The notes: generated by a model from the sequence alone, not told the origin. Positions 11,331-23,191 are shown, counted from the stretch's first letter. The stretch: DNA of 64,000 nucleotides from Perkinsela sp. CCAP 1560/9 (GCA_965644495.1 CBFFSA010000014.1:248001-312000), one strand, 5' to 3'. Numbers and translations: made by a program.

Positions 11331-12054
11331 CAGTGTTATAAAGGGGGGGTACGTCTATTGTTGGCAATCATCTATTGTTGGCAAACTAATAAAATCACCT
11401 ATTGTTGGCAATCGGTTATTGTTGACATTTAATTAGTTTTTTTTGACCCATTGCCATGTATGACGGATAAACTCCTGGAATCTGCTAAAGTAAAAATTTC
11501 CACTTTTTTCGAAACTTTTCGAAAATTTCCTCTTTTTCGAGGATACGTATACGTATGTATCCTCGTGTATGTGAGGGGGGGGTGATGGTAGTGTAAGTGA
11601 TAAAAGTAGCGTAAGTTACCTTGATAGCCAACAATAGATGATTTTATTGCCGTTCCATCTATTGTTGGTTAAGGTGGGTATTGTATCATCTATTGTTGGC
11701 AAAAAAAGTTGCCAACAATAGACGAGCCCCCCCTTTATTTAATTACGGTATTATTTAATTACGCTTTTAAGGTTATTTTTGGCTAAAATTAATCTTAATT
11801 AAATTAACCGTAATATAATACACTCGCAAATTAATAATTTTAGAACACACTTTTTGAATAACTTTTATGCGCCCAAGACATTGGATTCGTCTGTGATCAT
11901 TTTGTAAGGGCTTGTGTTTCGTATGAAAGCGAGGTCGATGGTGATAGACATGAAAAAAAGTATTTTTGTTCGGGGCTAAAAATAATCTTAATTAAAAATA
12001 ACCGTAATTAAAAATAACCGTAATATAATCCACCCGTATTTGAATACTTCACTG
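11331..12054. mobile_element. Tc1-like MITE (TA-CAGTG...CACTG-TA) containing a nested MITE
   Basis: Terminal pentamers with TA flanks; subterminal ATTACGGT/ACCGTAAT inverted repeats. Confidence 0.5.
11341..11735. mobile_element. Nested MITE
   Basis: AAGGGGGGGTACGTCTATTGTTGGCAA ... TTGCCAACAATAGACGAGCCCCCCCTT; internal CTATTGTTGG repeats. Confidence 0.8.
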
Positions 12055-12338
12055 TATTTCTATATATTCGTTAATTTTATGACCAGTTGACCATTGACGA
12101 GTTGCAAATTAACCTTAGCACGTGGGACCTTAGATACTTAGAAGTCCCCCAATAGTCTTTTTTACTACTGTTTGTAACACAGGATTGTACACAGATTTGT
12201 ACTAACAGAATAGTATTGTTTCATTGGATGTGAACTTGTAAAAAAGGTAAGACCAATATTTTTACCAAAGCGACAACAAAGGTATCTTGTATTTGCATGC
12301 TTACTATAGTAAAGTGTCTCATTAGAATGCAAAGACCA

Positions 12339-13103
12339 TTAGTTTCGGCGAGCGCTCGGACACAAATCGAACAACGGACAGTTTTGGCACTTTGGTCTTT
12401 GACTAGTGCACAATGTTTGACCGAACCCCACGACCAATGGGTTTATTTGGGCCCAATGCTCTCTCGGCAACCATTGCTGAAGTTCTTCTGCTGTTTTCTG
12501 CGGTGTATTCGCTCGTGCAGAGACCCATCTCCACCGTTGAAATATGCGCTCCATATGTACATCCACGCTAATGCCCTCTACAATGTTGTGACAACATTGT
12601 AGAAAGAGATGTGCCATCTTTGAACCCACCCCGGGAAAGGAACATAGCTGTTGAAAGTTGGCTGGGATTCGACCTTGATGCTGCGTGAGGATTTGTTCAG
12701 TTGTCTTTTTAATGTAATCCGTCTTCTTATTGTGAAACCCTACTCCGGAAAGAAGCTCATTTAATGTGGAGCGGGGTAGCTGATGAATAGATTCCGGGGT
12801 AAGTCCGTTATGTTGCACTAACTTCTGAACAGTCAGAGAAGTTACTTCATCTTTGGTTTGACTACTTAGCATGAGAGAAATCAGTGTGCGGTATTCCCTT
12901 ACCTTTTTAAGGTCAGCAGTTTCAATAGAGTCCATGCAACGAGTACGCTTCCTTCCACTTCGAGATAGTCTCACCTGTTTTTCAGACGCCCATTGGTCAA
13001 AAAGTGCTCCAGCGCCCATAGAATCTACTGGGGCTCTATTCGTCTTTCGATACTGGATTAACCTTGTCAGGAGCTGACTCCAATCTTTTGGCGCTTTGGT
13101 CAT
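12339..13103 (-). CDS. NTH1: Endonuclease III-like DNA glycosylase
   Basis: LSSQTKDEVT, HhH motif LCSFPGVGSKMA, VDVH, C-x6-C-x2-C-x5-C Fe-S motif. Confidence 0.95.
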   Translation of the reverse strand: MTKAPKDWSQLLTRLIQYRKTNRAPVDSMGAGALFDQWASEKQVRLSRSGRKRTRCMDSIETADLKKVREYRTLISLMLSSQTKDEVTSLTVQKLVQHNGLTPESIHQLPRSTLNELLSGVGFHNKKTDYIKKTTEQILTQHQGRIPANFQQLCSFPGVGSKMAHLFLQCCHNIVEGISVDVHMERIFQRWRWVSARANTPQKTAEELQQWLPREHWAQINPLVVGFGQTLCTSQRPKCQNCPLFDLCPSARRN

Positions 13104-13109
13104 GTGAAA

Positions 13110-13143
13110 CTTTAAGAAAAGCGAAAAAAGAGTAAGAAGAAAT
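13110..13143 (-). promoter_or_regulatory. Putative trans-splice acceptor (polypyrimidine tract + AG) upstream of NTH1
   Basis: Sense strand reads TTTCTTCTTACTCTTTTTTCGCTTTTCTTAAAG|TTTCAC-ATG. Confidence 0.55.
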
Positions 13144-13377
13144 GTACGTCATGCACATGTATCCTATGAAATGCAGTTTTTTGATTTTTTGTACACCTAT
13201 TTATACCCTTCATTAAAATGTGCACTTCTGTAGGAGACTGAGTCTTGCTGACTTGCTCACTGACAAAACGCGTCCGCCGAACTGTACGGACGTTAACATG
13301 ACGTGCCCCCCTAGACCCCCTGGAAAAAGACCCCCCTAGAAGTATATTGCAAAATGGCTTGTAATTTTATTTCTTGC

Positions 13378-13908
13378 TCATTCGTCCGAGTCCTCGAACT
13401 TCGTACTCCGCACACTATCATTCAGCTCTACCGCATAGACTTTATTTTTGTTTTTTTGCTTTTCCTTGGTAAAGTTTTTGCCCCGGACTGTGACCAACTT
13501 ACGGTTTAGGGGATGCTGCATATCTCGCATAAACGCACTATTATCGCGCACCTCGTCGTGGTCGAATGTCACGCGTTCGGCATCAATACGACAAAAAGGG
13601 CGAGAAGGGTTGTGTCTCGCCTGTTTCTGTGGTGGATAGACTGTATTTATCTGAGCTTGCTCGTCCGGTGGGGTTTCCATTCGGTTAGTTGTTTTCTTTT
13701 CGGGATAGACTGGAGAGACACCCTTAGAAGAAACTGTGTTCTGTACGATAGCTTCTTTTTTTATGACTTTGTCCGTTAACTTTCGCTTAAATTGCTTGTA
13801 TAATTGCTTTCCTTCGACTTCGTCGTGAAGAATAAGTTTCAAGTACTTTAAGACTAAACTCTCTACGTTCGTCCCAAGCAATCCATTTTTCGGGAAATCA
13901 TTCATCAT
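13378..13908 (-). CDS. SRP40/Nopp140 C-terminal-domain nucleolar protein
   Basis: PFCRID...DNS...LVTVRGKNFTKEKQKNK...STKFED. Confidence 0.85.
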   Translation of the reverse strand: MMNDFPKNGLLGTNVESLVLKYLKLILHDEVEGKQLYKQFKRKLTDKVIKKEAIVQNTVSSKGVSPVYPEKKTTNRMETPPDEQAQINTVYPPQKQARHNPSRPFCRIDAERVTFDHDEVRDNSAFMRDMQHPLNRKLVTVRGKNFTKEKQKNKNKVYAVELNDSVRSTKFEDSDE

Positions 13909-14108
13909 ATTTTTTTTCCTAGCCCAAATATTCGGAAAAAAATAGCTTTTCGTTGGCAAGAAACAAATGCATGACTTGCATCTTGTGCTACAAGATTAAT
14001 AACAGTACTACAAGACCATAACAGTAAACTTACAAGCTTATTTCAATATGCAGAGACGTGTGTGTTCTAAAAGTCTCAGAACAAAGGGCCAATTTCCAAC
14101 CCACCCCC

Positions 14109-14993
14109 TCACTCCCCACCCTCCTCTCTACTCCAATACCTCCTCTCCGACAGAAACGGCGCCAACGCAAAGATCACCCCATGGCGATACGTCTCCGCCC
14201 GCGGCAACTGCCCCCCCGTCAACACCCCCATCGCCCCCAACCCCTCCCGTACCCCCTCCACCCCCGACACCTCCTCCAGCACCTCCCCCAGCTCCCTCCC
14301 CTGCTCCAGGATCGGTCTCATCAACACCTCCCCTAGGGCGTACCGTCCACTACTCCCCACCCCCTCCACCCCGGTCTCACGGTGTACGATCACCACCCAC
14401 CCGGACTCATAGTAGTGACGCCCACTACTACTGCTACCCCCACTCCCACTCCCCCCGACACGCTCTATCCCCCCCTCTATCCCCACACCGTAGTCCACGG
14501 GGCCGTTGTGTGCGGCCGCCGCGGCGTGCAGGGCGCCCACGGCCCGGTTACGTGCGCCTTGGATCGTGGCGGCGACGTCCAGGGGCTGGGGCGGGACCCC
14601 GGTGGGTACGGCGTGGGGGGTGATGCGGTGGGTGTGGGAGGGGAAGCACTGGGTGAGGGCGGCGTGGACCGCGGAGAGCTTGGCCGGGTTGGTGGTGCCG
14701 ACAGCCCAGCGGAGGGTGGGGGAGGGAGAAGAAGGAGGTGATGATGACGGGGATGAGGAAACGGAAACAAAGGAAGGGGAAGCAGAAGAGGAAGAAGAAG
14801 AAGCAGAAGAGGGAGATGGTGAAGGGGAAGAAGCTGAAGCTGAAGATGATGAAGAGAGGGCGGAGGAAGGGGGGGAAGACATGGAGGGCTTGATGTCTTG
14901 GGGAGAGATGGAAGGGAAGGAATGGAGGAGGAGGAGGAGGAAGAGGGGAAGGAGGGGAGAAAGGGGAAGGGGTCGTTGGGGGTGGTGGGACAT
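14109..14993 (-). CDS. Inosine/xanthosine triphosphatase (YjjX-like) with Ser-rich N-terminal extension
   Basis: VGTTNPAK, GV..QP, GARNRA, GVGIEGG, GAMGVLTGG motifs; start uncertain. Confidence 0.88.
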   Translation of the reverse strand: MSHHPQRPLPLSPLLPLFLLLLLHSFPSISPQDIKPSMSSPPSSALSSSSSASASSPSPSPSSASSSSSSASPSFVSVSSSPSSSPPSSPSPTLRWAVGTTNPAKLSAVHAALTQCFPSHTHRITPHAVPTGVPPQPLDVAATIQGARNRAVGALHAAAAAHNGPVDYGVGIEGGIERVGGSGSGGSSSSGRHYYESGWVVIVHRETGVEGVGSSGRYALGEVLMRPILEQGRELGEVLEEVSGVEGVREGLGAMGVLTGGQLPRAETYRHGVIFALAPFLSERRYWSREEGGE

Positions 14994-15699
14994 GGGAGAT
15001 GGGGGAGAGAGGGTAGGGAGGGTTGTGGATAGGGATGAGAAAAAAATCCTAGGGAAAACATGTGGGATGGGGTGTGTATAGGGAACGCACTACAGTGCTT
15101 TTGAGGGGCGGGTGATGTGGGCCGAAACCTCACCGAAACTTCGACTCGCAACCCCTCATGTACATGCTGGAACTAACGGATGAATGAAAACGCCGAGGAA
15201 TCGAGTTCTCTTTCTAAATTAACGTATCAACACCAACTTCACTGGGTGATGACCAAGATTGGGCTTTAAAGTAATATTTCGGTGGATATTCAGTAGTTGG
15301 GGTGAAAGAGTCTGTATTGCAACATCCGATACGAACATTTTCAAGCTAATTATGATAAAAAAAAACTAGCAATTTTTTTTTATGATCTCTGACACCAGAG
15401 GTTCTTCAGATAGCCCATCGGATGAGAAATCGTCACCACATGCGAAATAATTAGTAAGCTACAAAGTGCTATGACGGGTTTCTGATCTGCATAATCATCC
15501 ACGGGTAATTCTTCGATATTTATGATACACACTAAGCGATGCACACTCTTCGAGTCTTGTAGACAGGAATTCGTTAAGTTCTTTATGTGCATCCCTTTGT
15601 GTGTCAATCTGCCTTCACTGGATGAGCGTATTGAAGCCATCGGTTACTTTCCAGATGGACAATTTTTGGCTGGTGACATGCGTCGAAACAACGGCAACG

Positions 15700-16205
15700 T
15701 TTGGGTTCTTTTTCATCGTGTTAATACACTGTTGTTTGTCGTACTACAATCTGTTATGAGCTCCTCCGACACTCTCAGTATGCATCTCGACCTCCCGGGG
15801 ATGCGCAGCCCCCCTGATTGGCTTCTCGAGGCCGAAACCTTACAACGCCCTGATGCCGTAGTGTCTCTCCGCGACGGCTCTGAGTTTATCATTGAGCTCA
15901 CCAGCCCGTGGGAAGACAACATACAGGCTGCTTTTGAGCGAAAGCTACATAAATATGCCACACTTCTTCAACACCGTAAGTTGCGGCATCCGAACACACA
16001 CCTCCTTGTGTTCGAAATAGGAGCGCGCGGAAGTCTTCATCACTCGTCACGAGCCCTAAATCTTTTGTTCCCGAGCGACAAAACAAAAGCTAGCAAATGT
16101 CATGAGGAAATGGTCACCAGAGCGCAGAGAGGAAGCTTCATACTTTTTCAGAACCGTGACTCCCCGCTCTGGACCCCAATTGACGTTGCGGTCAATGATG
16201 GGTAA
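15700..16205 (+). mobile_element. 3' fragment of a non-LTR retrotransposon (restriction-like endonuclease domain)
   Basis: RPD...IIELTSPWEDN...AFERKLHKY..L...FEIGARG. Confidence 0.75.
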
Positions 16206-16533
16206 TGACCGTTCGGAAGGCGCGTTGTGTGCGCGCTTACTGTGACATAATTTTTCCGAAATAGTCTTGTCCGAAATGGCAAAAAAAATATTTTTCCAAA
16301 ATCATTTCCCCTATTGTATTTTGATAGTTTGGGGCGTGTACTAGCTTTCTACGACGTTGTCTTCGCAGTACACCCTTTCTCGGAGCCGTGGTATGCCCTC
16401 GAAAATGACCCATTTTTGACTAAACGAGGGTGAAAAAGTATTTTTCGGACCCCAAGGGGCCTTTTTGTGTCGAAAGAATGGTATGGTTGGAGTCGCATTC
16501 TCTATCCAATACGTTCGGTAGGCCTTCATTCAT

Positions 16534-17371
16534 GCCTACGAGTGATCTCCCACGCGCACATGTCGGATTTAATGCTCTGAGAGCAAGAATACCCAAAAAT
16601 GATCCCTTTTTTACCCGAAAATCGGCACGCGAAGCAGGTTGTCACGAGAACACTGCGAAGCGTTGGATCCAGCGATACGAGGAGACAGGGGACGTGGATA
16701 GGTCTCCTTACAAGGAGCGTCAATCAATCGTCATGACTCCAGAGCTAATAACCCGGGCTATATCCCTCATTGATGAAGGTACACGAGATTTGCCATATGG
16801 AATTCCGTCATGGTCGTGTCAACCTCGTGTCAACCCTTCAGTCCGAAGGGTTTTATTGTTCCCGGCGCTCTATCACGCGCACTTTAAAGCGTGAAGGCAT
16901 CATTTTGCGCACTGTCCCCCGTCGTCCAGCTCTTACGGCTGCCCACAAGCAAAAACGAGTTGAGCTGTGCCGCGAGCTGTCGGAGTGGACCCCTCGTGAT
17001 CTCGAGTCCATTATTTGGACTCGATTATTGTTCCCCAATTTTCTGAAGAGACATTCAGTCGCTGTTGTGGTGATGGATAACTGTCCTATCCACAATACTG
17101 CACGTTGTCATTTTGATGAAAATAGTGTCACAATGCTAGCTTGGTCCCCCAAGTCTCCTGATCTCAACCCCATCGAAAATATTTGGGGGCAAATTGAATC
17201 ACACAAAAATACTAAATGTCCTAAAAATAGGGGGGAATTGCGTGATGCAATACATTCAGGGATTGAATTGTTGAAAAGAGAATAACATGGCGTGTTTTTA
17301 AGTACTTTACAGAGCATGCCTAGACGAATTAAGATCGTACTTGAAAAAAATGGGGGTCATTGTGGATATTA
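16534..17371 (+). mobile_element. Degenerate Tc1/IS630-type transposase
   Basis: HTH (TAKRWIQRYEETG), RPALT..HK..R, MDNCPIH...WSPKSPDLNPIENIW, SMPRRI..V....GG; frameshift and internal deletion. Confidence 0.88.
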
Positions 17372-17573
17372 GTCAGCTGTTTTACTATTTTTTGCAGCTG
17401 CAGTTGTCACTTTTACCCCCTTTGGCATATGGACCCACCCCCTGGATGCGGGAAACGCATTATCACATGACACGTAACTCTGCGAGAGCTCTCGAATGCG
17501 GTGCTATTTTCCAAAATTGGCCAAGTTACACAAATATTGACCCCCCCCCACATTTTCGTGCCCACCCCTGTAT

Positions 17574-17606
17574 GTTGAAAACAACCACCGCGTTTAACGA
17601 AGAGCC
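17574..17606. repeat. Solo end of the GGCTCTTCGTTAAAC MITE family
   Basis: GTTGAAAACAACCACCGCGTTTAACGAAGAGCC; related ends at 27280, 33624, 42891, 55754. Confidence 0.75.
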
Positions 17607-17827
17607 TAATAAACCAAGCCATTCAGGGACATTTATAGAAAATCAAAGTTCTAGTGCTCTAATACTGGCACACCAGGGCGACAAAAGGTGTGACACACTT
17701 ATAGAGTTCGGTAGCGTATCGATACTATATGGTATGATACACATGAACGTTCCCGTTAGAGTCTTCCGTATTCAGTGGGAACTCGGCAGCATCCAAGGGC
17801 CCCTCAGCAAAGTTCCGCAGAGGACAT

Positions 17828-18020
17828 AAACCCCCCACAGCGAATAAGTCACCCCCCTCTTTTTTTGTACAACGAGGCTTAGGGGGGTTGCGGCACCACT
17901 TTTTCGTTCAAAATTTTGAGTTCTGCACGTTCCCGATGTTTTTAGACCTTTTCACAAAAAAAAATGCGTTTTGATTTTTGTCATGCCAATATTACCTGAA
18001 AAATCTCATGTTCCTCGACA
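17828..18020. repeat. Transposon-end repeat (partner 44062-44273), related to the TIR/subterminal block of 21306-22282
   Basis: Shared CACAGCGAATAAGTCACCCCCC...ATCTCATGTTCCTCGAC. Confidence 0.8.
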
Positions 18021-18744
18021 TGACCCTCGGCGCCCCCTGGCCGCCCTCCTCGTCAGCCGTCTTCGCCTGTCCTCTGTGCCGCGCTCCTCGCCTGCCTTCT
18101 TCGCCCTCACTCTTGACTAGCGTCCTGGCCACTCAATTCGACCCTCTGCCCTGCCCTCTTCGCCCCCCTCCTTCATCCATGCGCCACCCGCCTGACCGCC
18201 CGTGAGGAAAGTCCGGTGCTTTCTTGTATGATCGAGCGTTTCGACGCTCTCATGTTAGAAGATCACGCTTTCGCGTGGAGCACCGGCAGGGCGACCCACG
18301 CGTGAAGTAGGAAGCCACAGCTCTTAGGAGCCAAATGGCTTGAATAACAACAATAACAATTATTTCTATAATGGACGAAAAGACTTCTGAAATGTGGAAG
18401 CTAAACAAATGTGATGTATTCTCGAACTCATATAACGCTTCGACTACCGCAAATATTGCATGTTCCTGGTCTGCTGCAGTGCCGAAAACTGCCGAGAGAC
18501 TCCATAAAAAACAATAAAAGTGGTCGTTCCAACTTGTGCCCCCCCGGTACAATAACTGGCTATAGGCACATTAACCCGGAACAGGGTTTAAAAAGAAAAG
18601 TACCTATTGAAAAGACCCATGCTACAAAGAACAGGGCCTTCAAAGTACGCATATTCATCAACTGTGTATGGCCACTCTCTTACACGACTCGCAAAGCTTC
18701 ATTAGGAAAGGATGACTGGAGAACAGGTCGGTCGCGCTGCCAAG

Positions 18745-20097
18745 CTAGTATATCTGGCCGTTTATTTTCTCTGGATCGTAGGGTGCTCCATGCACTTTCT
18801 CAAAGATTGTGAAAATATTATCTGCGTTGCTTTCGAAATGAGATGCGGAGCTGAGCGACTCGGTAATGTGAATCCCTGGTGTATTCGAGCGGTGGTGCGG
18901 GACAGCGAATTCACACACGCGGACGAAGTCTTGTATACTGCGCATCCCTAAAACAGACCGGACGGGTTCTATCTCACGCGCTGCATCCCCGCTCTCCAAT
19001 ACGCTAGATATAAGAACGAGGTAGTGCCCTGGGGGAACAACCCCTTGCTCCGAACTCAACTGCAAGACGTACACGTCGTGCTTTCGATTCAACTCAGCTG
19101 CAGGAAATATAATTTGGCACGAACCACCAGCCTTGTCGCGCAGGACAGGCTCCGCACACACACTCAGACTGCGAACTATGCGTGACTTTACTTCACAAAG
19201 CGAGGGGAAGTAGGAGGGGTCTGCGATGACATGCTTTGCTCGAGCTGTGAATGGTTTCGGGGTGGCCTCCGGGTTCTCTTCTACACAAAACGCCACGTGA
19301 TGCGAACACGTCCTGGGGTAGTGAGATTTAAACGCTATATCACGAGCCCGTAGCACCGTGGTCCCGCCATGGACTGCACACCAGCGACTAAACGCAGCGG
19401 GTAACTCCCCGATACCATGCATGGGGTAGAGATAGGGACTGCGGCCGAAGCAGTGGATCGAGCGGTGGTAGAGCTGTACCCGGTGGAGCAAGTGCACAGC
19501 GGGCTGATTAAGGTACGTGTCGTTTTCAGATAACCCCACCGCGTGTCCAATCACGTCAATGGTATGGTGGTCCAAGTGGTAGGACGCCATCCACTCACGT
19601 GCGGTGAGGGAGGCAAGCGCGGAGGCTTGCATGGGGTCACATGTCTCACAGAAGGCAAAAAACTTTGCCACACGCCGTTTCTCAAGAAACCCCATGAGAT
19701 TGGATGACAGCGCTTCCTTGGCACTGCTGGGGACTTTGTGGATATGTTTTCGAGAATAGACAAAACTGTTTTCTACGAGAGTGAATGCCATGTCGTATCG
19801 CTCGGCAACCGTGTGCTGTAGGATGGATGTCAGCTCTCCACTCGCGATTAAGAGTTTTGGCGCCAAATCAATATTATACATCGTGAAATCGCCGAGTCGA
19901 GGCGAAAACGGCAAGGAATAGGGAATATGACATACGCGATGGAGGTCGGTGAGGTTGAGCGATGCAGATTCTGCACCGAAGTACTCATTTCGATCTAATA
20001 GTAACACTCTGTGGCCGTGAGCGGCAAGCAAACCACTGAGTACGGACTCTGATAAGCCTGTTCCACACACTATGACATCAAATTCAGTGTTTTCCAT
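18745..20097 (-). CDS. GDI: Rab GDP-dissociation inhibitor
   Basis: DVIVCGTGLSES, DRNEYFGAESASL, NIDLAPK, SPYLYPMHGIGELP.AFSR. Confidence 0.95.
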   Translation of the reverse strand: MENTEFDVIVCGTGLSESVLSGLLAAHGHRVLLLDRNEYFGAESASLNLTDLHRVCHIPYSLPFSPRLGDFTMYNIDLAPKLLIASGELTSILQHTVAERYDMAFTLVENSFVYSRKHIHKVPSSAKEALSSNLMGFLEKRRVAKFFAFCETCDPMQASALASLTAREWMASYHLDHHTIDVIGHAVGLSENDTYLNQPAVHLLHRVQLYHRSIHCFGRSPYLYPMHGIGELPAAFSRWCAVHGGTTVLRARDIAFKSHYPRTCSHHVAFCVEENPEATPKPFTARAKHVIADPSYFPSLCEVKSRIVRSLSVCAEPVLRDKAGGSCQIIFPAAELNRKHDVYVLQLSSEQGVVPPGHYLVLISSVLESGDAAREIEPVRSVLGMRSIQDFVRVCEFAVPHHRSNTPGIHITESLSSASHFESNADNIFTIFEKVHGAPYDPEKINGQIY

Positions 20098-20599
20098 TAG
20101 TAAGACTATGCATAGATAAGATGATAGTACATGCTTTAGAAAAATTAATAATGATTTTTTATTTTAGAAACGACCAGAATCAATCTTCAGATTTGATGAG
20201 TACATACAATTCCAAAAGGTATAAAAGGAACCATAGAAATAAAATGCCCCTATTCTAAATGATAACATTTTCTAGTTCAAATTTCTTGTTTTTGTTAGTC
20301 ACAGGTTTTTTCTTATCAAGTCAACAATGTATGGAAGAGAAATACTATTCCACCACAAAACAAGCATTAATTGATTCGTTTTAATTAATTTTTCGATTCA
20401 AATTTTCATTTTCAGTACAAAAGGATTTATTGAAATTCAATCCTTTTTGAAGAAAACCCTTTTAAGTACAATATGTATGTACAATGCATTTGATTTGGTT
20501 GTGACAATGTACGACGCATAAGACATTCAAAGTTCAATGCTTCTTACGGGGCAATTCTGTGCTCAAAAAATTTATCTTTTCAAATCGATTCTTAACGTT

Positions 20600-21007
20600 T
20601 TATTCAAAATCCTTGTCTTCGTTATCACTAAGGAAATGCTTGTATAGGCCATTCGCAGCACTGGACAAACCCGCTGCTAACGCCTCGCTACTTGTTTTAC
20701 CTTGACTAAAGTGCTTCAGAGCATCTTGCACTCCCCCAGTAATCGCGTTCTGTGCCCCTTCCTTGATGTAGCTCATTTCAGATGACGAGAGGAAGCTTTT
20801 GCGGCGAGCCGATCGGCGCGAGTTCTTTGAGCGATGCGGGACGGCTACATCCATCTCACAATCCTCACCATCCAAGCAACGGTCCCGAGAATAAGTCAAT
20901 TTCGGGTTTGTGGTCCGGGGATTCGCAACTCCAGGACGCTCGACGTGACGGGCCTCCGTCACCCAGAGGGCGAAGAGAACAAGAAATATCAGGTGGGACA
21001 CACGCAT
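20600..21007 (-). CDS. Small putative secreted protein (135 aa)
   Basis: MRVSHLIFLVLFALWVTEA signal-peptide-like start. Confidence 0.6.
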   Translation of the reverse strand: MRVSHLIFLVLFALWVTEARHVERPGVANPRTTNPKLTYSRDRCLDGEDCEMDVAVPHRSKNSRRSARRKSFLSSSEMSYIKEGAQNAITGGVQDALKHFSQGKTSSEALAAGLSSAANGLYKHFLSDNEDKDFE

Positions 21008-21305
21008 CAAAAAGAAAGTAGAAAATAGCAGAAAATAGCAGAAAATATTCTGTTTAGAAGGGGACAAAAACAGGGCACCTGTAAATTGATAGGAAATTTT
21101 TCCGTTTTGACCGATGTTATGCATCTATAGTTTAAATACATGTATGATTACCATTTCACATCTGTGATTGACCCTAGAGAAATTTTGGTGCACACAAGTT
21201 TATTGTACCCGCTTTCAAAAATATTTTCTTTGTGTGCAGAAATAGAACATCCCCCAGTAAGCGATCTTTTCATATTGCAGTTCTATTTACATGTGCGTAA
21301 TTATA

Positions 21306-22282
21306 AACCCCCGCTCACGAAAAGTGACCCCCCTCTTCTTTTTCGTACAAATGACCGTTTGAGCTGATTTTTGTTGCATTTTGCAGATCTCAACACAAGG
21401 ACTTTGCGCGTGAAGAAATGAGACAAAAAGAAACGAATACGCACAATTTAGAGAAGAATTACCATTTTATCACTTTTTCGCCCTTCAGTCTTATACACTC
21501 CTTAAGTCGAGAATCAAAACTTAATACTGTTTTGTCGATCACTTTTTGAGGCAAAGAAGACCATGCTTTACGTACACATCGGATAAGTGAAGGTTTGTCC
21601 GATGACGTTTGTTCGTCTACCGCCTCTTGGACCATAGACCAGACGTTTTCTATGGGGGAAGGGTCGGGCGAGTTGGGGGGCCAGTTTCTTAGAACATCAC
21701 TCATTCGATTCTCAATATACTCTTTGGAGGCACGGGCAGTATGTGCCGGTGCCCCATCCTGTTGAAATACACTATTAGGGGGGAAATCTACCTGTTTTAA
21801 TGTTTCTATGTACGTCTCACTTGTAATAGATGTGTCATTGTAGATGTCTCACTTGTAATAGATGGTCACAGGACTCAAAGTGTATTCCCCGCTAGATTTT
21901 TTTTCGTTCAGATATTTTTTGATTATCCTTCTAGAGACGGGATAATTGTTTTATCGGAACACCTTCTGCCTGTTTCATATTCAAAAGAACCTTACCACTA
22001 TCCGTAGGCCCCCCTTTTGGGAGCCGATACGTGATTTGGTCATTTTTGGAAAAAAAAGTTGAAAAACCAATAATGTTTTTTTGACTAAATTTTAAAAAAT
22101 TAAAATGAGCTAAAAACAGCGGGAACGTACAGATCTCGAAATTTTGAACGAAAAAGTGGTACAAAAAGTGTACGATAATTGTTTGACAGCTTTCCTTGTA
22201 GCTCAGAATATGAATGAGATAACCCACCCACGCCCCCCTGCGCTAAAAATAAGGGGGGGTCAGTTATTCGTGAGCGGGGGTT
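21306..22282 (-). mobile_element. Internally deleted Tc1-like transposon
   Basis: TA-AACCCCCGCTCACGAA TIRs-TA; 21459-21835 encodes FQQDGAPAH...WPPNSPDPSPIENVW (D35E spacing). Confidence 0.9.
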
Positions 22283-22336
22283 TATAAGGGAATGGGGCAT
22301 TACTAACACAAGCTTACATAACTATAAGTAAGTAGT

Positions 22337-23191
22337 CTACACGATTTCTATCATTGTATTAATCGTGTTAAAACAATATTTTTTAAAATCAGTTTGCATC
22401 ACGCGACCATGCAAATTAGGATTGTTATCTAAGCGGCAGGACGCCGTTTCTTTTACCCAGCACTCTGCGTTAACCAACAGATCGAAATTATTGTCTTGTG
22501 CATAAAACTCATCAAAAGAGTCTGGAAGATGGCGAAAATCAAGATTCCCACTAAACAGGTTGTTCGAAATATCCAAGACTCGCAGACTCAATGGCAAACG
22601 GCACAAATCTATTGCCCCTTCAAACTTATTACCTTCCAACCACATGACGGTTAAATTAGGAGGCAGGTTCGTGAGGTTGATGTGTCCGGTAAACTCGTTG
22701 TTGTTTAAGTAAAGGTGCTCAATGAGAGGAGGCAAAAATCGCGAATCGAACTTGCCGAAAAAGCAATTAGAACTAAGATCGCATATTTTCAAAGATTGCG
22801 GAAGACAACGAAATTCAACCTCGCCTGTCAAGTCACCATTGTCCAGATTCAGCTCGATGAGTGTCAGTGGAAGATACTTCCAAGCAACCGAGCCGCGCGC
22901 TCCATGTTCTCTTGGAACATGATCTGGATTGGTCCAGTCTAATGCTGTGACTTCACCCTTATCATTACATTTCACACCTGCCCACTCACATGCTGTCACG
23001 TTCGTACACCATGTGGGATGCAGACCTTCCATATTTTCAACGAAACGAGCTAAATCGTATTCTTGTGGTAATGCGGCACCACGAATTCTACCCGGCGCTC
23101 GTGATGTGGAGTGAGATGGTACGGACCCTGGTAATGGTACCGTTGCCTGAATTCGAGTGGGTGCGTCGTCAGCTGACGTTACTGAAGACAT
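22337..23191 (-). CDS. Short LRR family protein
   Basis: PGRIRGAALPQEYDLARF leader, CEWAGVKC cap, LP..L..L.L..N.F.G repeats. Confidence 0.9.
   Translation of the reverse strand: MSSVTSADDAPTRIQATVPLPGSVPSHSTSRAPGRIRGAALPQEYDLARFVENMEGLHPTWCTNVTACEWAGVKCNDKGEVTALDWTNPDHVPREHGARGSVAWKYLPLTLIELNLDNGDLTGEVEFRCLPQSLKICDLSSNCFFGKFDSRFLPPLIEHLYLNNNEFTGHINLTNLPPNLTVMWLEGNKFEGAIDLCRLPLSLRVLDISNNLFSGNLDFRHLPDSFDEFYAQDNNFDLLVNAECWVKETASCRLDNNPNLHGRVMQTDFKKYCFNTINTMIEIV

Noticed and set aside
14048-15151. Many overlapping Pro/Gly/Arg-rich ORFs (also at 23.5-24.3, 31.1-32.3, 40.4-41.4 and 51.4-52.5 kb)
   Set aside because: Shadow frames of real genes within stop-poor GC islands.
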